From: an uncultured Bacilli bacterium
GTDB lineage: Bacteria; Bacillota_I; Bacilli_A; RF39; UBA660
NCBI GenBank assembly: GCA_910583685.1
Contig: CAJTXY010000004.1
Span: 1 to 62,053, forward strand
DNA length: 62,053 nucleotides
Direction of reading: 5' to 3'
Of the stretch, positions 43,263 through 54,495 are shown in pieces (the first letter of the stretch is position 1; each line of letters begins with the position of its first letter). A program made the translations under genes and the position numbers. The notes beneath the pieces are model-generated. The model did not search any database and was not told the origin of the DNA. It saw only the letters and a program-made list of their open reading frames with translations.

Positions 43263-45887
43263 CTAGTACTTTTCCCGAATAACAGCTTGTGCTGCTGCCA
43301 GTCTTGCTCCTGGTACTCTAAATGGAGAACAAGATACATAATCCAACCCGATTTTATGACAAAAGGCAATACTTTTAGGATCTCCCCCGTGCTCACCACA
43401 AATTCCAAGCTCTATATCTCTATTTTCATCTCGTGCAAGAGAAGCTCCCAAATGGACAAGTCTTCCAACGCCCTCTTCATCAATTGTTTTAAATGGATCC
43501 TGCTCTAAAATACCTTTTTCATAATAATCATTTAAAAACTTAGCAGCGTCATCCCTTGAAAATCCAAATGTCATTTGTGTCAAATCATTGGTTCCAAACG
43601 AGAAAAAGTCAGCTTCACTAGCAATTTCATCAGAAATTAAAACCGCCCTAGGCACCTCGATCATCGTACCGACTTTAAAAGAAACAGTAACAGCTTGTTC
43701 CTTCATAACCTCTTTTGCAGTCTCCAAAACAATATTTTTAACATAGAGATATTCCTTCATACTACCAATTAAAGGAATCATAATTTCAAGATTAGTAGCA
43801 AGCCCTTCCTTCTCAACCATAATTGCCGCTTCCATAACAGCTCGCGTTTGCATCTGGGCAATCTCTGGGTAAGTAATTGCAAGCCTACAACCACGATGTC
43901 CCATCATTGGATTAAACTCCTTTAAAGATAAAATTCTAGTATGAATCTCCTCCTTACTCATTCCCAAACTATCAGCAAGTTGCGAAATCTCTTCTTCCTT
44001 CTTAGGCAAGAATTCATGAAGTGGAGGATCTAAAAAACGAATAACAACAGACCGTCCTTCCATTGCCCGAAAAAGAGCAGCGAAATCTTCTCTTTGATAA
44101 GGCAAAATCTTTTCCAAAGCTTCCCTACGGGCCTCCTCAGTCTCTGATAAAATCATTTTTCTAAAATGAAAAATACGGGTTTCTTCAAAAAACATATGCT
44201 CTGTTCTACAAAGTCCAATACCTTCCGCCCCAAATTTACGAGCCTCCATCGCATCTTTCGGAGTATCAGCATTCGCTTTCACCCCCAAAACTCTAGTAGA
44301 GTCTGCCCACTGCATAAATGTCTCAAAATCACCTGAAATCTCAGGATCAACCGTTGCCATTTTCCCATTATAAATAAATCCAGTAGAACCATCTAAACTA
44401 ATATAATCTTCCTCGTGTAGAATAGTCCCATCTGCTAGACGAATCGTCTTTTTATTCGCATCAATACTAAGTTCACTACATCCAGAAACACAACAAGTTC
44501 CCATACCACGAGCCACAACTGCAGCATGAGAAGTCATACCACCACGAACAGTCAAAACACCCCTTGCCAAGTTCATTCCCTCAATATCTTCAGGTGAAGT
44601 TTCCTCTCGAACCAATATGATCTCTCTTTCTCCACTCTCATAAGCCTTAGAAACATCTTCAGCAGTAAAATAAATTTTACCACTAGCAGCCCCAGGAGAA
44701 GCGGCAAGTCCTTGAGCAATGACAGATGATTTTTGTAAACTCTCTTTATCAAAAGTAGGATGAAGGAGTTGATCAAGTTGATTAGCATCCACTCTTAATA
44801 ATGCCTCTTCCTTTGTAATAATACCTTCCTTTACCATATCAACAGCAATTTTAATAGCCGCTTGTCCTGTTCTCTTTCCACTTCTAGTTTGCAACATAAA
44901 AAGCTTTCCATTTTCAATTGTAAACTCCATATCTTGCATATCTTTATAATGATCTTCTAATACTTTACAAATACGTACAAATTCCTGATAATTCTCTGGC
45001 ATTACCTCATTCAAAGTCTCAATACTTTGAGGGGTACGAATACCAGCCACCACGTCTTCCCCTTGAGCATTTATTAAATATTCACCGTATAACTTTTTCT
45101 CACCAGTAGCGGGATTTCTAGTAAAGGCAACTCCTGTTCCTGAATCCTCCCCTCGATTCCCGTAGACCATTTCTTGAACATTAACAGCAGTTCCCCAACT
45201 TGATGGAATATCATTTAACCGCCGATAAGTAATTGCTCGCTCATTATTCCAACTGCGAAAAACAGCACTAACCGCTTCTAAAAGTTGAACCATTGGGTCC
45301 TGCGGGAACTCTTCTGAAGCAAGCCTAGAATATTCAATTTTATACTCATCAATCACTTCCTTCAAGTCTTCTGCTGTAAGTTCAGTATCTAACTGAACTC
45401 CTTTTTCCTTCTTTATCTTATCAAAAAGATGTTCAAAAGAAGACTTAGGAAACCCTTTAACAACATCTGCAAACATTTGAATGAGTCTTCGATAGTTATC
45501 ATATACAAATCTTGCATTCCCATCCGCCTCACAAAAACCAGAACAAACCTCATCATTCATTCCAAGGTTTAAAATAGTATCCATCATTCCTGGCATAGAA
45601 GCTCTCGCTCCACTGCGAACAGAAACCAATAATGGATTCTTAACATCCCCCAGCTTTTTACCACTAATCTTCTCTAGTGCCGAAATCTGATCACGAATTT
45701 CTAAAACCACATCTTCACTTAACTCTTCGTGATCTTGATAATACTTTAAACAAGCCTCCGTCGTTACTGTAAAACCTTGGGGCACAGGCAAACCAATAGA
45801 AGTCATCTCAGCAAGATTTGCCCCCTTTCCACCCAATAGATTTCGCATATCTTTATTACCTTCACAAAATGCATATACATATTTCAT
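43263..45887 (-). CDS. ppdK: pyruvate, phosphate dikinase
   Basis: 874 aa. GGKGANLAEM, catalytic GGMTSHAAVVARGMG, C-terminal PEP/pyruvate domain (GTNDLTQ). Confidence 0.95.
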   Translation of the reverse strand: MKYVYAFCEGNKDMRNLLGGKGANLAEMTSIGLPVPQGFTVTTEACLKYYQDHEELSEDVVLEIRDQISALEKISGKKLGDVKNPLLVSVRSGARASMPGMMDTILNLGMNDEVCSGFCEADGNARFVYDNYRRLIQMFADVVKGFPKSSFEHLFDKIKKEKGVQLDTELTAEDLKEVIDEYKIEYSRLASEEFPQDPMVQLLEAVSAVFRSWNNERAITYRRLNDIPSSWGTAVNVQEMVYGNRGEDSGTGVAFTRNPATGEKKLYGEYLINAQGEDVVAGIRTPQSIETLNEVMPENYQEFVRICKVLEDHYKDMQDMEFTIENGKLFMLQTRSGKRTGQAAIKIAVDMVKEGIITKEEALLRVDANQLDQLLHPTFDKESLQKSSVIAQGLAASPGAASGKIYFTAEDVSKAYESGEREIILVREETSPEDIEGMNLARGVLTVRGGMTSHAAVVARGMGTCCVSGCSELSIDANKKTIRLADGTILHEEDYISLDGSTGFIYNGKMATVDPEISGDFETFMQWADSTRVLGVKANADTPKDAMEARKFGAEGIGLCRTEHMFFEETRIFHFRKMILSETEEARREALEKILPYQREDFAALFRAMEGRSVVIRFLDPPLHEFLPKKEEEISQLADSLGMSKEEIHTRILSLKEFNPMMGHRGCRLAITYPEIAQMQTRAVMEAAIMVEKEGLATNLEIMIPLIGSMKEYLYVKNIVLETAKEVMKEQAVTVSFKVGTMIEVPRAVLISDEIASEADFFSFGTNDLTQMTFGFSRDDAAKFLNDYYEKGILEQDPFKTIDEEGVGRLVHLGASLARDENRDIELGICGEHGGDPKSIAFCHKIGLDYVSCSPFRVPGARLAAAQAVIREKY

Positions 45888-45984
45888 ATAAATACCCTCC
45901 TTATTATATTAGTATATCAAATCAATGCATAATACACCAGAAAAATGAAATCATTTGACATCCGTTCTAAAAAAGTGAATAACC

Positions 45985-46019
45985 AAAAGAAAAAGGACAA
46001 AAATTGATAATTTCTGTCC
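45985..46019 (-). terminator. terminator after pyk
   Basis: 11-bp stem with one mismatch, 3-nt loop, T-rich tail on the minus strand. Confidence 0.55.
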
Positions 46020-46025
46020 TCTCTA

Positions 46026-47438
46026 TTAACAAATTTCTTCAATCTTCATTAAATTAGTTACACGTGACTCTCCATTATTAGGAAAACCTCCTGTAATCAA
46101 TATAATATCTCCCTTTTCTAATTGTGTATACTCTCTTGCCTTTTCTACACTCTTTGTAAGAACTTCATCAGTAGAATTACATACAGGTAAAATAACAGGA
46201 TAAACACCCCAGTTTAAAGCTAGACGACGTCCTGTCTTTTCATCTGGTACCAAAGCAAGTATAGTAGCATCAGGTTTTAAATTACTAATAAGACGTGCTG
46301 TATACCCACTAATAGAAGCAGCACAAATAAGCTTAGCATTTAAAAGATTTGCACTTTCTACTACACAGTTTGCAATAGCCACTTGTGTATTAGGAAGTCT
46401 ATATTCCTTTTCTGTATAATTAAAGTTTGCATATGGTTCAGTTGCCTCACAGATTTTTGCCATTGCACGAACGGTTTCAATTGGATGTTTTCCAATAGTC
46501 GTCTCACCACTTAACATAACAGCATCACAACCATCCAACACAGCATTGGCAATATCACTAGTCTCAGCACGTTTTGGACGAGAGTTTTCCATCATAGTTT
46601 CTAACATTTCAGTAGCAACAATCGCAATTTTTCCCATTCTTCTACAAGTTCTAATCATATCTTTTTGAACAATTGGTAAAATTTCACTTGCCATCTCAGT
46701 ACCTAAATCTCCACGAGCTACCATAATACCTGCAGAAACTTCTAAAATAGACTCTAAATTCTTAATACCAAGTTCGCTTTCAATCTTACAAATAATCTGT
46801 AGATCTTCACGTCCATATTCCTTCAAAATTTCTTTAATTTCTAACACATCATCTTTAGACGATACAAAAGAAATCGCTAAATATTCTCCTCCATGCTCAC
46901 AAGCATATTTTATATCCTCACGATCAAGCTCACTAACATAAGGAATATCTAAAGAAACGCCAGGAACACTTAAACTCTTACGGTTTCCTAAAACTCCACC
47001 AGTAATAACTTTACAAGTAACACCATCTTCTTCTTTGCTAATCACTTCCATTTTCATCTTGGCATTTTCAAGTAAGATGAAATCTCCCACACTCAAACTA
47101 TCTAGAGCTTCTGGATGATTAACTGTAAAACGTTCCTCATTTCCAAGACAGTCTTCTTTCACAATACGAATTGTATTTCCTACAATAAGTTCAATAGAAT
47201 CATTTTCAAACATACCATTTCTAAACTCAGGACCTTTAGTATCCCAAAGAATAGCAACTGACTTACCAGTACGCTTACGCACCTCTCTAGTAGACTCTAC
47301 TGCTTTTTTTCTCTCTTCTAATGTAGCATGGGTAAAATTAATACGTGCAATATTCATTCCTGCTAGTACCATCTGTTCCATAACATCGGCTTCATTACTA
47401 GAAGGTCCAATACTACAAACAATTTTTGTCTTCTTCAT
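46026..47438 (-). CDS. pyk: pyruvate kinase
   Basis: 470 aa. KIVCSIGPSS, MVARGDLG. Confidence 0.95.
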   Translation of the reverse strand: MKKTKIVCSIGPSSNEADVMEQMVLAGMNIARINFTHATLEERKKAVESTREVRKRTGKSVAILWDTKGPEFRNGMFENDSIELIVGNTIRIVKEDCLGNEERFTVNHPEALDSLSVGDFILLENAKMKMEVISKEEDGVTCKVITGGVLGNRKSLSVPGVSLDIPYVSELDREDIKYACEHGGEYLAISFVSSKDDVLEIKEILKEYGREDLQIICKIESELGIKNLESILEVSAGIMVARGDLGTEMASEILPIVQKDMIRTCRRMGKIAIVATEMLETMMENSRPKRAETSDIANAVLDGCDAVMLSGETTIGKHPIETVRAMAKICEATEPYANFNYTEKEYRLPNTQVAIANCVVESANLLNAKLICAASISGYTARLISNLKPDATILALVPDEKTGRRLALNWGVYPVILPVCNSTDEVLTKSVEKAREYTQLEKGDIILITGGFPNNGESRVTNLMKIEEIC

Positions 47439-47501
47439 ATTTTCACTCCTCTTTCAAACAGATATAATTATACAATAAAAATATCAATTTGTACATCATT
47501 T

Positions 47502-49076
47502 TTATTTTAGTCGAAAACGATGAGGTGCTTTTTTATAAATAACATAAAGTGATAACAATATATAACTAACCGTAACACCTAGGATTAAAAGGGCAAAATC
47601 AACATAAGGCAAATCGATATCCTTACATAAATAGCAAGCCAAATAGGTTAAAAAACTAACAACAGAAAAAGCAACACTCTTCATCTCCGACTGCACATTA
47701 TATGGTTGTAACAGATAATAAATAACCAAATAGTGAACAGAAAAGAAAACACTTAAAGAAAGAATGGACAGTAATACAAAAATATAAGATGGTAAAAAGG
47801 CTCCATTACAAATAGAAAGTACAAAGACATACCCTAGGCCAATAAAGAAAGCGGGTCTCAAATTCACTTTAACAATAGTTTTTAATCTTTGAAAAAACAC
47901 ATTCAAAACCACTTTATCTCTTCGATAAAAAGGAAAAGTAAGCATACTTCTATCACAATTATGAAACATCGCCTGTGTAATAATAGCCCCTCTATTAAGA
48001 AAATACATAAGAAGAATAATCCACGCAAAATAATTAGTAAAGAAAGAATAAATCTCTTTTTGATAACTAGGTTTTATTAAAATAACTAGAATAAGAAGGA
48101 AGAAAGCAAGAAAAGAAATCAGACAAATCATATTAGCAGAACTAGACAAAATTACTTTATGTCGTAAAAAGAAAATCGTATTAAAATAATCATACCCACT
48201 CTTTCCTACTAACTTTCGGGAGTCAATTTGATAATCTTTTTTCCTCATATCAATCATCATCTGTTTTTGATAAGCTGTACGATTATTAGTATTTAAAACG
48301 GCAAGTTGAGTATGAACACTTTTATAAATTGATTTATAATCTTCTAATCCAACAATATAGAAAAAAGAAAATGCCGCTGGAAAAAACAAGAGAAAGGCAA
48401 GGAATATATAGACTTCCTTTGGCAATATAATATGGAAAAGCGGAAGACCCATAGAGCAAAAGAAACCTAGCAATAAAATCCCCCAATATATATAACTCCT
48501 ACTCACTAATAAAGTCTTTGTTTTCTGATAAAACAGAAGGTGAAAAGCTTCCCCTATTATTTTTAGAAAAATAACAAGTATGGCCACCATAAAAGCAATT
48601 AGAAAACTCATTTTCCAAATCCCGATAAAAAACAAACTAAGACTGAAAAGAGAAAGGAAAAATTCAAGAATAATATGGAAAAGAAAGTGAGAAACTACAT
48701 ACTCTTTAGCATCCAGTCCCATTAAAATAACAGCATAATACTTTCTTTTTCCAATAGATAAAATTTTATAGTTGATAAGACTACCAATAACACTAAAAAA
48801 GAAAAACGTATGTAAAAACAGCAAAAAGGATACCGCAGGAAAGAGAAAAGATAAAATCCCATAGATCACTGTTAAATAGAAAAGTTTCGCAACAATCTTT
48901 TGAAATAAATCTTTTAAAATTGCAAAATAGCCAATTCGCCTCTTTAGATTTTCCTGTTTATATAAGGTATCAGTTGTAATATTTTTTAAAATAGGAGTAT
49001 GCCTTAATAAATAAATAAAAGAATTAATTGCACAATAAAGTTCAATTTTAAATGACGTTTTTAAAGTATTAAGCAT
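47502..49076 (-). CDS. polytopic membrane protein, putative ABC permease partner
   Basis: 524 aa with many TM helices. Overlaps the ATPase gene. Confidence 0.6.
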   Translation of the reverse strand: MLNTLKTSFKIELYCAINSFIYLLRHTPILKNITTDTLYKQENLKRRIGYFAILKDLFQKIVAKLFYLTVIYGILSFLFPAVSFLLFLHTFFFFSVIGSLINYKILSIGKRKYYAVILMGLDAKEYVVSHFLFHIILEFFLSLFSLSLFFIGIWKMSFLIAFMVAILVIFLKIIGEAFHLLFYQKTKTLLVSRSYIYWGILLLGFFCSMGLPLFHIILPKEVYIFLAFLLFFPAAFSFFYIVGLEDYKSIYKSVHTQLAVLNTNNRTAYQKQMMIDMRKKDYQIDSRKLVGKSGYDYFNTIFFLRHKVILSSSANMICLISFLAFFLLILVILIKPSYQKEIYSFFTNYFAWIILLMYFLNRGAIITQAMFHNCDRSMLTFPFYRRDKVVLNVFFQRLKTIVKVNLRPAFFIGLGYVFVLSICNGAFLPSYIFVLLSILSLSVFFSVHYLVIYYLLQPYNVQSEMKSVAFSVVSFLTYLACYLCKDIDLPYVDFALLILGVTVSYILLSLYVIYKKAPHRFRLK

Positions 49077-49764
49077 CTGTATGATCCTTTAGACTTTCTA
49101 TAATTTTATTTTTATAATCCTCTTTATTTAAATCTTTGGCATCAATTAGCTCCAATTTTCTATTATGAATAATGACAATCTCATCACACAGATCCATAGC
49201 AATTTCTAAAATATGTGTAGAAAATATTAAAATATGATCTTTTTTAAGCTGTTTTAACAATTTTTTCATCTCATCTTGTACTACAATATCAAAGGAGGTA
49301 AGAGGTTCATCTAATAGTAATATTTTAGGATTACTAATAATATGAATTAGCATTTGCATTTTATTTTTCATACCATAAGAATACTCTCTCATAATCTTAT
49401 CGCGGTCCTTACTCTCAATACCCACCATTTCGAAATACTCATCAATTGTTTTAAAATTTTTCAATTTCCCTTCATTAATTTCTAAGAAAAATTTCAAAAA
49501 CTCTCTTCCTGTTAAAAATTCTGGAATATTAGGGGCAGCAAGTACATAACCAATGTCCTCTAGCCTAGCTTCATCCCCATCCAATAAAATATCACCAGAA
49601 TCAATTTCAATATCGTTAGCTAAAGCATTAAAGAAAGTTGTTTTACCACTGCCATTCCTACCGATTAAACCGTAAATTTTTCCCTCTTGAAAAGTGAAAT
49701 CCACATTCTCCAAAACTTGATTTCTTCCATAACTTTTTGATAATTTTTTAATCTGCAACTTCAT
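49069..49764 (-). CDS. ABC transporter ATP-binding protein
   Basis: Walker A GRNGSGKTT and Walker B LLLDEP. Confidence 0.9.
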   Translation of the reverse strand: MKLQIKKLSKSYGRNQVLENVDFTFQEGKIYGLIGRNGSGKTTFFNALANDIEIDSGDILLDGDEARLEDIGYVLAAPNIPEFLTGREFLKFFLEINEGKLKNFKTIDEYFEMVGIESKDRDKIMREYSYGMKNKMQMLIHIISNPKILLLDEPLTSFDIVVQDEMKKLLKQLKKDHILIFSTHILEIAMDLCDEIVIIHNRKLELIDAKDLNKEDYKNKIIESLKDHTDA

Positions 49765-49776
49765 ATGAATCCCCTC

Positions 49777-50907
49777 CTAATCACCTAGGCTTTTTAAATG
49801 ACTAATTTTTTGCTTTAATACCGAAATAAATGTTGCCAACTCCTCTTTCGTTGAAAGATGAGAAATACTAATACGAATACTAGACTCCGCTCGGCTTTTA
49901 TCTTTGGTAACCGCAAAAACAGCTTGTGATAAATGCGTATTACTACTACAAGCAGTCTGTGTTGAAACATAAATCTCCTCTTCCTCTAAAGCGTGTAATA
50001 TAACCTCTGGCTTCACCCCTAAAACACTAATATTTACAATATGAGGAAGACAAAACTCATTGCTATTAATCTCGATATCTTCTACTGTTTCTAACTCAGA
50101 AATTAAATATTGATGTAACATCATCACCTGCTCATAATGACGTTTAAAATCAACATATGCAAGTCTAAGGGCTTTAGAAAAGGAAACAATTAAGGGAAGT
50201 GCTGGTGTTCCACTTCGATAAATTGTAGTCGACTTTCCTCCGTGAATTAAAGGTTCTATTTCAATACCATTTCGTTTATATAAAACACCAATTCCTTTTA
50301 AACCATAGAATTTTTGACTAGACATACTGGCAAGATCTACACTCGTTAAATCCACATTTTCCTTCCCAACACTTTGTGTCATATCACTATGAAAAAACAC
50401 CTTTGGATACTTCTGCATAATTTTTCCTATAGCCGAAATATCTTGTCTTATGCCAATCTCACTGTTAACACTCGCAATAGATACTAGTAAAGTATCACTT
50501 TGAATCATCTTCTCTAAAGCATCTAAATCCACTCTTCCCATAGAATCAAGCTTCGCATAACTAACCTTAAAACCTATAGACTCTAAATACTGAAACGTTG
50601 CAAGAACAGAAGAATGTTCTAATTCCGTAGTAATAATATGACATCCCCTATTTCGGTACTTTAAACAAATGCCTTTAATTGCCGCATTGTTTGCCTCACT
50701 AGCTCCACTAGTATAAATAATTTCTTCTTTCTCTACTGCTAAAATATCTGCAATTTGTCTAGTTGCCGCATCCATTAATTTCTTAGCATCCACTCCTAAT
50801 TTATGAATAGAATTTGCATTCCCAATATAGTCTCTTGTCACCTTTATAAAACTTTCCAATACCTCTGGATTTACAGGAGTCGTCGCAGAATAATCTAAAT
50901 AAACCAT
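49777..50907 (-). CDS. cysteine desulfurase (NifS/IscS-like class V aminotransferase)
   Basis: PLP-lysine motif SSQKFYGLKG. 376 aa. Confidence 0.85.
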   Translation of the reverse strand: MVYLDYSATTPVNPEVLESFIKVTRDYIGNANSIHKLGVDAKKLMDAATRQIADILAVEKEEIIYTSGASEANNAAIKGICLKYRNRGCHIITTELEHSSVLATFQYLESIGFKVSYAKLDSMGRVDLDALEKMIQSDTLLVSIASVNSEIGIRQDISAIGKIMQKYPKVFFHSDMTQSVGKENVDLTSVDLASMSSQKFYGLKGIGVLYKRNGIEIEPLIHGGKSTTIYRSGTPALPLIVSFSKALRLAYVDFKRHYEQVMMLHQYLISELETVEDIEINSNEFCLPHIVNISVLGVKPEVILHALEEEEIYVSTQTACSSNTHLSQAVFAVTKDKSRAESSIRISISHLSTKEELATFISVLKQKISHLKSLGD

Positions 50908-50955
50908 AATTTCACCTACTAGCCCTAATTATAACATAAAAAAAGAACAATAACA

Positions 50956-51588
50956 TTATCTATCCTTTTTTTGATAACTATTGACAGTCATATTTAAATC
51001 CAACATTCTGTGATCCAACTTCTTAATATCTAATGAACATTTATACATCTCATCCATTACTTCTTGTGGAACAATACCAGAAAATTTATATTGAATTTTA
51101 TGGTCCAAACTCGCCCAAAAATCCATCGCCACAGTACGAATTTGTATTTCTGCTTCTATTAGCTCTTTTCCACCATTTAAGTAAATAGGAACATAAACTC
51201 TTAAGTGATAGCTCATATAACCTGTATTTTTAGGCTCTCTAATATAATCTTTCTTTTCAAGAATTTGAAATTGTTCACTTCTTTCAACTAATTTAACAAT
51301 ATCATAAACATCCGATAAAAAGGAACATACAATCCGTACTCCTACCATATCGTGAACATGCAAAACAAGATTTTCAAGTGTTGGCTCATAACCTCTACTC
51401 AATAACTTCGTAATAGCACTTTCCTCTTTTTTAATTCTTGACTTCACGTGTTCAACGGGATTGTAATCATGACTTAATTCAAATTCCCTCATCAATCCAT
51501 TAATATGATTTAAAAGTGTATCTTTAGCCATCTCATATTTTAGCATTTGCAATTTTATATTTTCTTCTTCATTATTTAATACTACCAT
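50956..51588 (-). CDS. small alarmone synthetase (RelQ/RelP, YjbM/YwaC family)
   Basis: GVRIVCSF...YMSYHLRV...EIQIRTVAMDFWASLDHK. Start set at ATG 51588 (AAGGGGA upstream). Confidence 0.85.
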   Translation of the reverse strand: MVVLNNEEENIKLQMLKYEMAKDTLLNHINGLMREFELSHDYNPVEHVKSRIKKEESAITKLLSRGYEPTLENLVLHVHDMVGVRIVCSFLSDVYDIVKLVERSEQFQILEKKDYIREPKNTGYMSYHLRVYVPIYLNGGKELIEAEIQIRTVAMDFWASLDHKIQYKFSGIVPQEVMDEMYKCSLDIKKLDHRMLDLNMTVNSYQKKDR

Positions 51589-51662
51589 ATAATCATCCCC
51601 TTTTTGATACTTATATGTGTGAATTAGCTCATTATATACCATTTTTAGGAAAATAGCAATAC

Positions 51663-52604
51663 TTAGCGATGATATCGACTCTTTTTATATACATAAGAAG
51701 TATCATACTTGCTATCATTAGTAATGACCAATTCTGTCATATAAATCGGAAAAAGAATATTAAAAGCTTGTAACCAACCTGTACACTTCTGAAATGTAAC
51801 GCAAGCCCCATTGACAATCAATTTATCTTCCGTCGTTTTTAGATTAGTGCGGGCATTATTAGGTAGTGGTGTTTTATATGGTGAAATAATCCCACGTGAA
51901 CTCCTCCATATCTCATAAAGACCTGGTACAACACAACCATTATGCATATGCCCTGCAATCAAATAATCAAACTCTAGAAGCTCCTTTTTCACATCCTCAT
52001 CTTGCAAGTAAACAGGAGAATGAATCAGTGCAAATTTCACCTTATTTTTGGGTAAATCAGAAAGAAGAGATCGCTGAGAAGCAAGCGTTTCCATTAAAAG
52101 TTCCTTATTCTCGCCACGATGGGCTGATATTTTTTTATAGTAATCATATGGCAGTGTAATTCCCGCAACATACAAAGAATCATCTTCATATACATCATTA
52201 TTTAACACATAAACATTAGAAATATTAGAAATTTCCTCAAAAATCTCATTATTAAAATAGAATCTAGTCTTACGCTTCTGCCCACTCTCATCTATATAGT
52301 TTTCATACTTATAAAACTCATGGTTTCCTATAGAAATACAAATAGTACAAATACGCGATAACCTTTCTAACCAATGAAGCAGCCGAACCTTCTCCTCTTC
52401 TTCTACTACGGAAGAATCAATCAAATCACCCGCTATAAAAAGATATTTAGGATTTATTTTTAGAATTCTCTCATATAAACATTGCAATTTACAATCAGAT
52501 ACTTTAGTACTAAAATGCAAATCACTTATACTCACAATTTTAATGTCATTATTAATAGAAGACCGATAAAGTTGATAGGTTGTTATATGTTGCATCTTTT
52601 TCAT
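51663..52604 (-). CDS. metallophosphoesterase
   Basis: ISDLHF, GDLID, GNHE, GHMH motifs. Confidence 0.85.
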   Translation of the reverse strand: MKKMQHITTYQLYRSSINNDIKIVSISDLHFSTKVSDCKLQCLYERILKINPKYLFIAGDLIDSSVVEEEEKVRLLHWLERLSRICTICISIGNHEFYKYENYIDESGQKRKTRFYFNNEIFEEISNISNVYVLNNDVYEDDSLYVAGITLPYDYYKKISAHRGENKELLMETLASQRSLLSDLPKNKVKFALIHSPVYLQDEDVKKELLEFDYLIAGHMHNGCVVPGLYEIWRSSRGIISPYKTPLPNNARTNLKTTEDKLIVNGACVTFQKCTGWLQAFNILFPIYMTELVITNDSKYDTSYVYKKSRYHR

Positions 52605-52717
52605 TTTTTAACCACACCTTTTTTCTTATAATAACATTTTTTATGAGATTGCCAAAGAAAAAAGTACAACTTTTGTACTTTAAAATTAATATATTCATTA
52701 TGACCCTTAAGAAGTCT

Positions 52718-53398
52718 CTACCCTTTTTTATTATGTTGCAAGACATCTCTTATCATTGCCATTTCTCTTTTTATTTGCAACCTCTTCAGACGATAGCTCT
52801 TTGGCAAAAGTGAAAGCAAGATCTCTCTAGACTTCATTTCCTTACCATAAAATTCTTCAAAAAGACTTCCCTTTTTCTCTAAGAGCTTTGGTCCAAAAAA
52901 ATATTCACGTCGATTATACTTTCTCTTTCCTTTTTTAAAACTTATAATCTGATAAATAATTCGATGCTCTTTTACCAACGTTTCATCATAAATATAATAA
53001 CCATTTTTACATAAAAATTTCTTAATATCTGCCTGATAGTTATTAGGAGAAAGAATAATAGAGTCAATCGTCTTTAGACTTTCCATATGCTGAGAAAAAA
53101 TCCCCTGCATTGTTTTTCCACCAAGGCCAGAAATAACAACGGTATCTAAATCCTCACTGTAGACATCAAGACCATTTCCTAATCTAAGTTCAATATAATC
53201 AGCCAAACAATTGGTATCAATATTATCTTTTGCTATTTTCAAAGGTCCCTCATTAATATCAGTAGCAACACATTTTTTTATGTCTTTATGACGAACTAAA
53301 TAAATATCTAAAAAGGCATGGTCACAGCCAACATCCATCACTCTCGCATCTTTTTCAATATAATCAGCAAGACTTTTTAAACGATTATTAATTTTCAT
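52718..53398 (-). CDS. trmK: tRNA (adenine22-N1)-methyltransferase
   Basis: DVGCDHAFLDIYL motif. Conserved position after rpoD. Confidence 0.8.
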   Translation of the reverse strand: MKINNRLKSLADYIEKDARVMDVGCDHAFLDIYLVRHKDIKKCVATDINEGPLKIAKDNIDTNCLADYIELRLGNGLDVYSEDLDTVVISGLGGKTMQGIFSQHMESLKTIDSIILSPNNYQADIKKFLCKNGYYIYDETLVKEHRIIYQIISFKKGKRKYNRREYFFGPKLLEKKGSLFEEFYGKEMKSREILLSLLPKSYRLKRLQIKREMAMIRDVLQHNKKG

Positions 53399-54495
53399 TA
53401 ATCAGTCAAAAAATCCTTTAACTTACGACTTCTAGATGGATGTCTTAATTTTCGTAATGCCTTCGCCTCAATCTGACGAATTCTCTCTCTAGTAACACCA
53501 AATATTTGTCCCACCTCTTCTAGGGTACGACATTGTCCATCATCAAGTCCAAAGCGAAGACGCAATACTTTCTCTTCACGGTCCGTTAATGTTAAAAGCA
53601 CACTAGCAAGTTCTTCCTTTAACATCTCAACTGTGGCATACTCTTCAGGTCCCATCATAAGTTCATCTTTAATGAAATCCCCTAAATGCGAATCATCCTC
53701 TTCTCCAATTGGAGTTTCTAATGACACTGGATCTTGACTAATTTTATAAACTTCACGAACCTTCTCTACAGTAATTCCTAGTTTCTCGGCAATCTCCTCA
53801 TCTGTTGGTTCCCGATTTAACTCTTGTGTTAACTGTCTTTGAATACGAGCAAGTTTATTAATAGTTTCTACCATATGAACAGGAACACGAATAGTTCTCG
53901 CCTGATCAGCAATAGCACGAGTAATTGCCTGACGAATCCACCAAGTGGCATAAGTAGAAAATTTATACCCCTTAGCAGGATCAAACTTATCAACCGCTTT
54001 CATAAGACCAATATTTCCCTCTTGAATCAAATCAAGAAATAGCATTCCACGTCCTACATAACGTTTAGCAATAGAGACTACAAGACGCAAATTAGATTCT
54101 GCAAGCATTTTTTTAGCCTCTTCATCTCCCTCTTCTGCACGGCGAGCATATTCAAATTCCTCATCGGAAGTAAGCAAATTAATACGTCCAATTTCTTTTA
54201 AATACATTCGTACAGGATCATTAATTTTAATATCTTTTGATAAGGTTAGATCCTCTGCCTTTAAATCAGACGTAATCTCAGCGCCAGTGGCATCATCACT
54301 ACCATCTTCTGCAACAATTTCAATATTGGCATCAATAATAGAATTATAAAGTTCATCCAATGCATCACTGTCAATATCTAATCCTTTTAACTCATCGGCT
54401 AACTGTTCATAAGTAATATAACCTTGTTTGCTTCCAAGCGATAGTAATTTTTCTTTTCTTTCTTCTAGTGTTTTAATTTCTCCAATCATTTTCAC
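53398..54495 (-). CDS. rpoD: RNA polymerase primary sigma factor
   Basis: Regions 1.1-4 are recognisable ([47 protein letters not shown]). Confidence 0.95.
   Translation of the reverse strand: MKMIGEIKTLEERKEKLLSLGSKQGYITYEQLADELKGLDIDSDALDELYNSIIDANIEIVAEDGSDDATGAEITSDLKAEDLTLSKDIKINDPVRMYLKEIGRINLLTSDEEFEYARRAEEGDEEAKKMLAESNLRLVVSIAKRYVGRGMLFLDLIQEGNIGLMKAVDKFDPAKGYKFSTYATWWIRQAITRAIADQARTIRVPVHMVETINKLARIQRQLTQELNREPTDEEIAEKLGITVEKVREVYKISQDPVSLETPIGEEDDSHLGDFIKDELMMGPEEYATVEMLKEELASVLLTLTDREEKVLRLRFGLDDGQCRTLEEVGQIFGVTRERIRQIEAKALRKLRHPSRSRKLKDFLTD

Noticed and set aside
43263-47438. ppdK next to pyk as an unusual arrangement
   Set aside because: Both are ordinary central-metabolism genes with separate terminators and promoters. 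Nothing in the sequence suggests a novel system.
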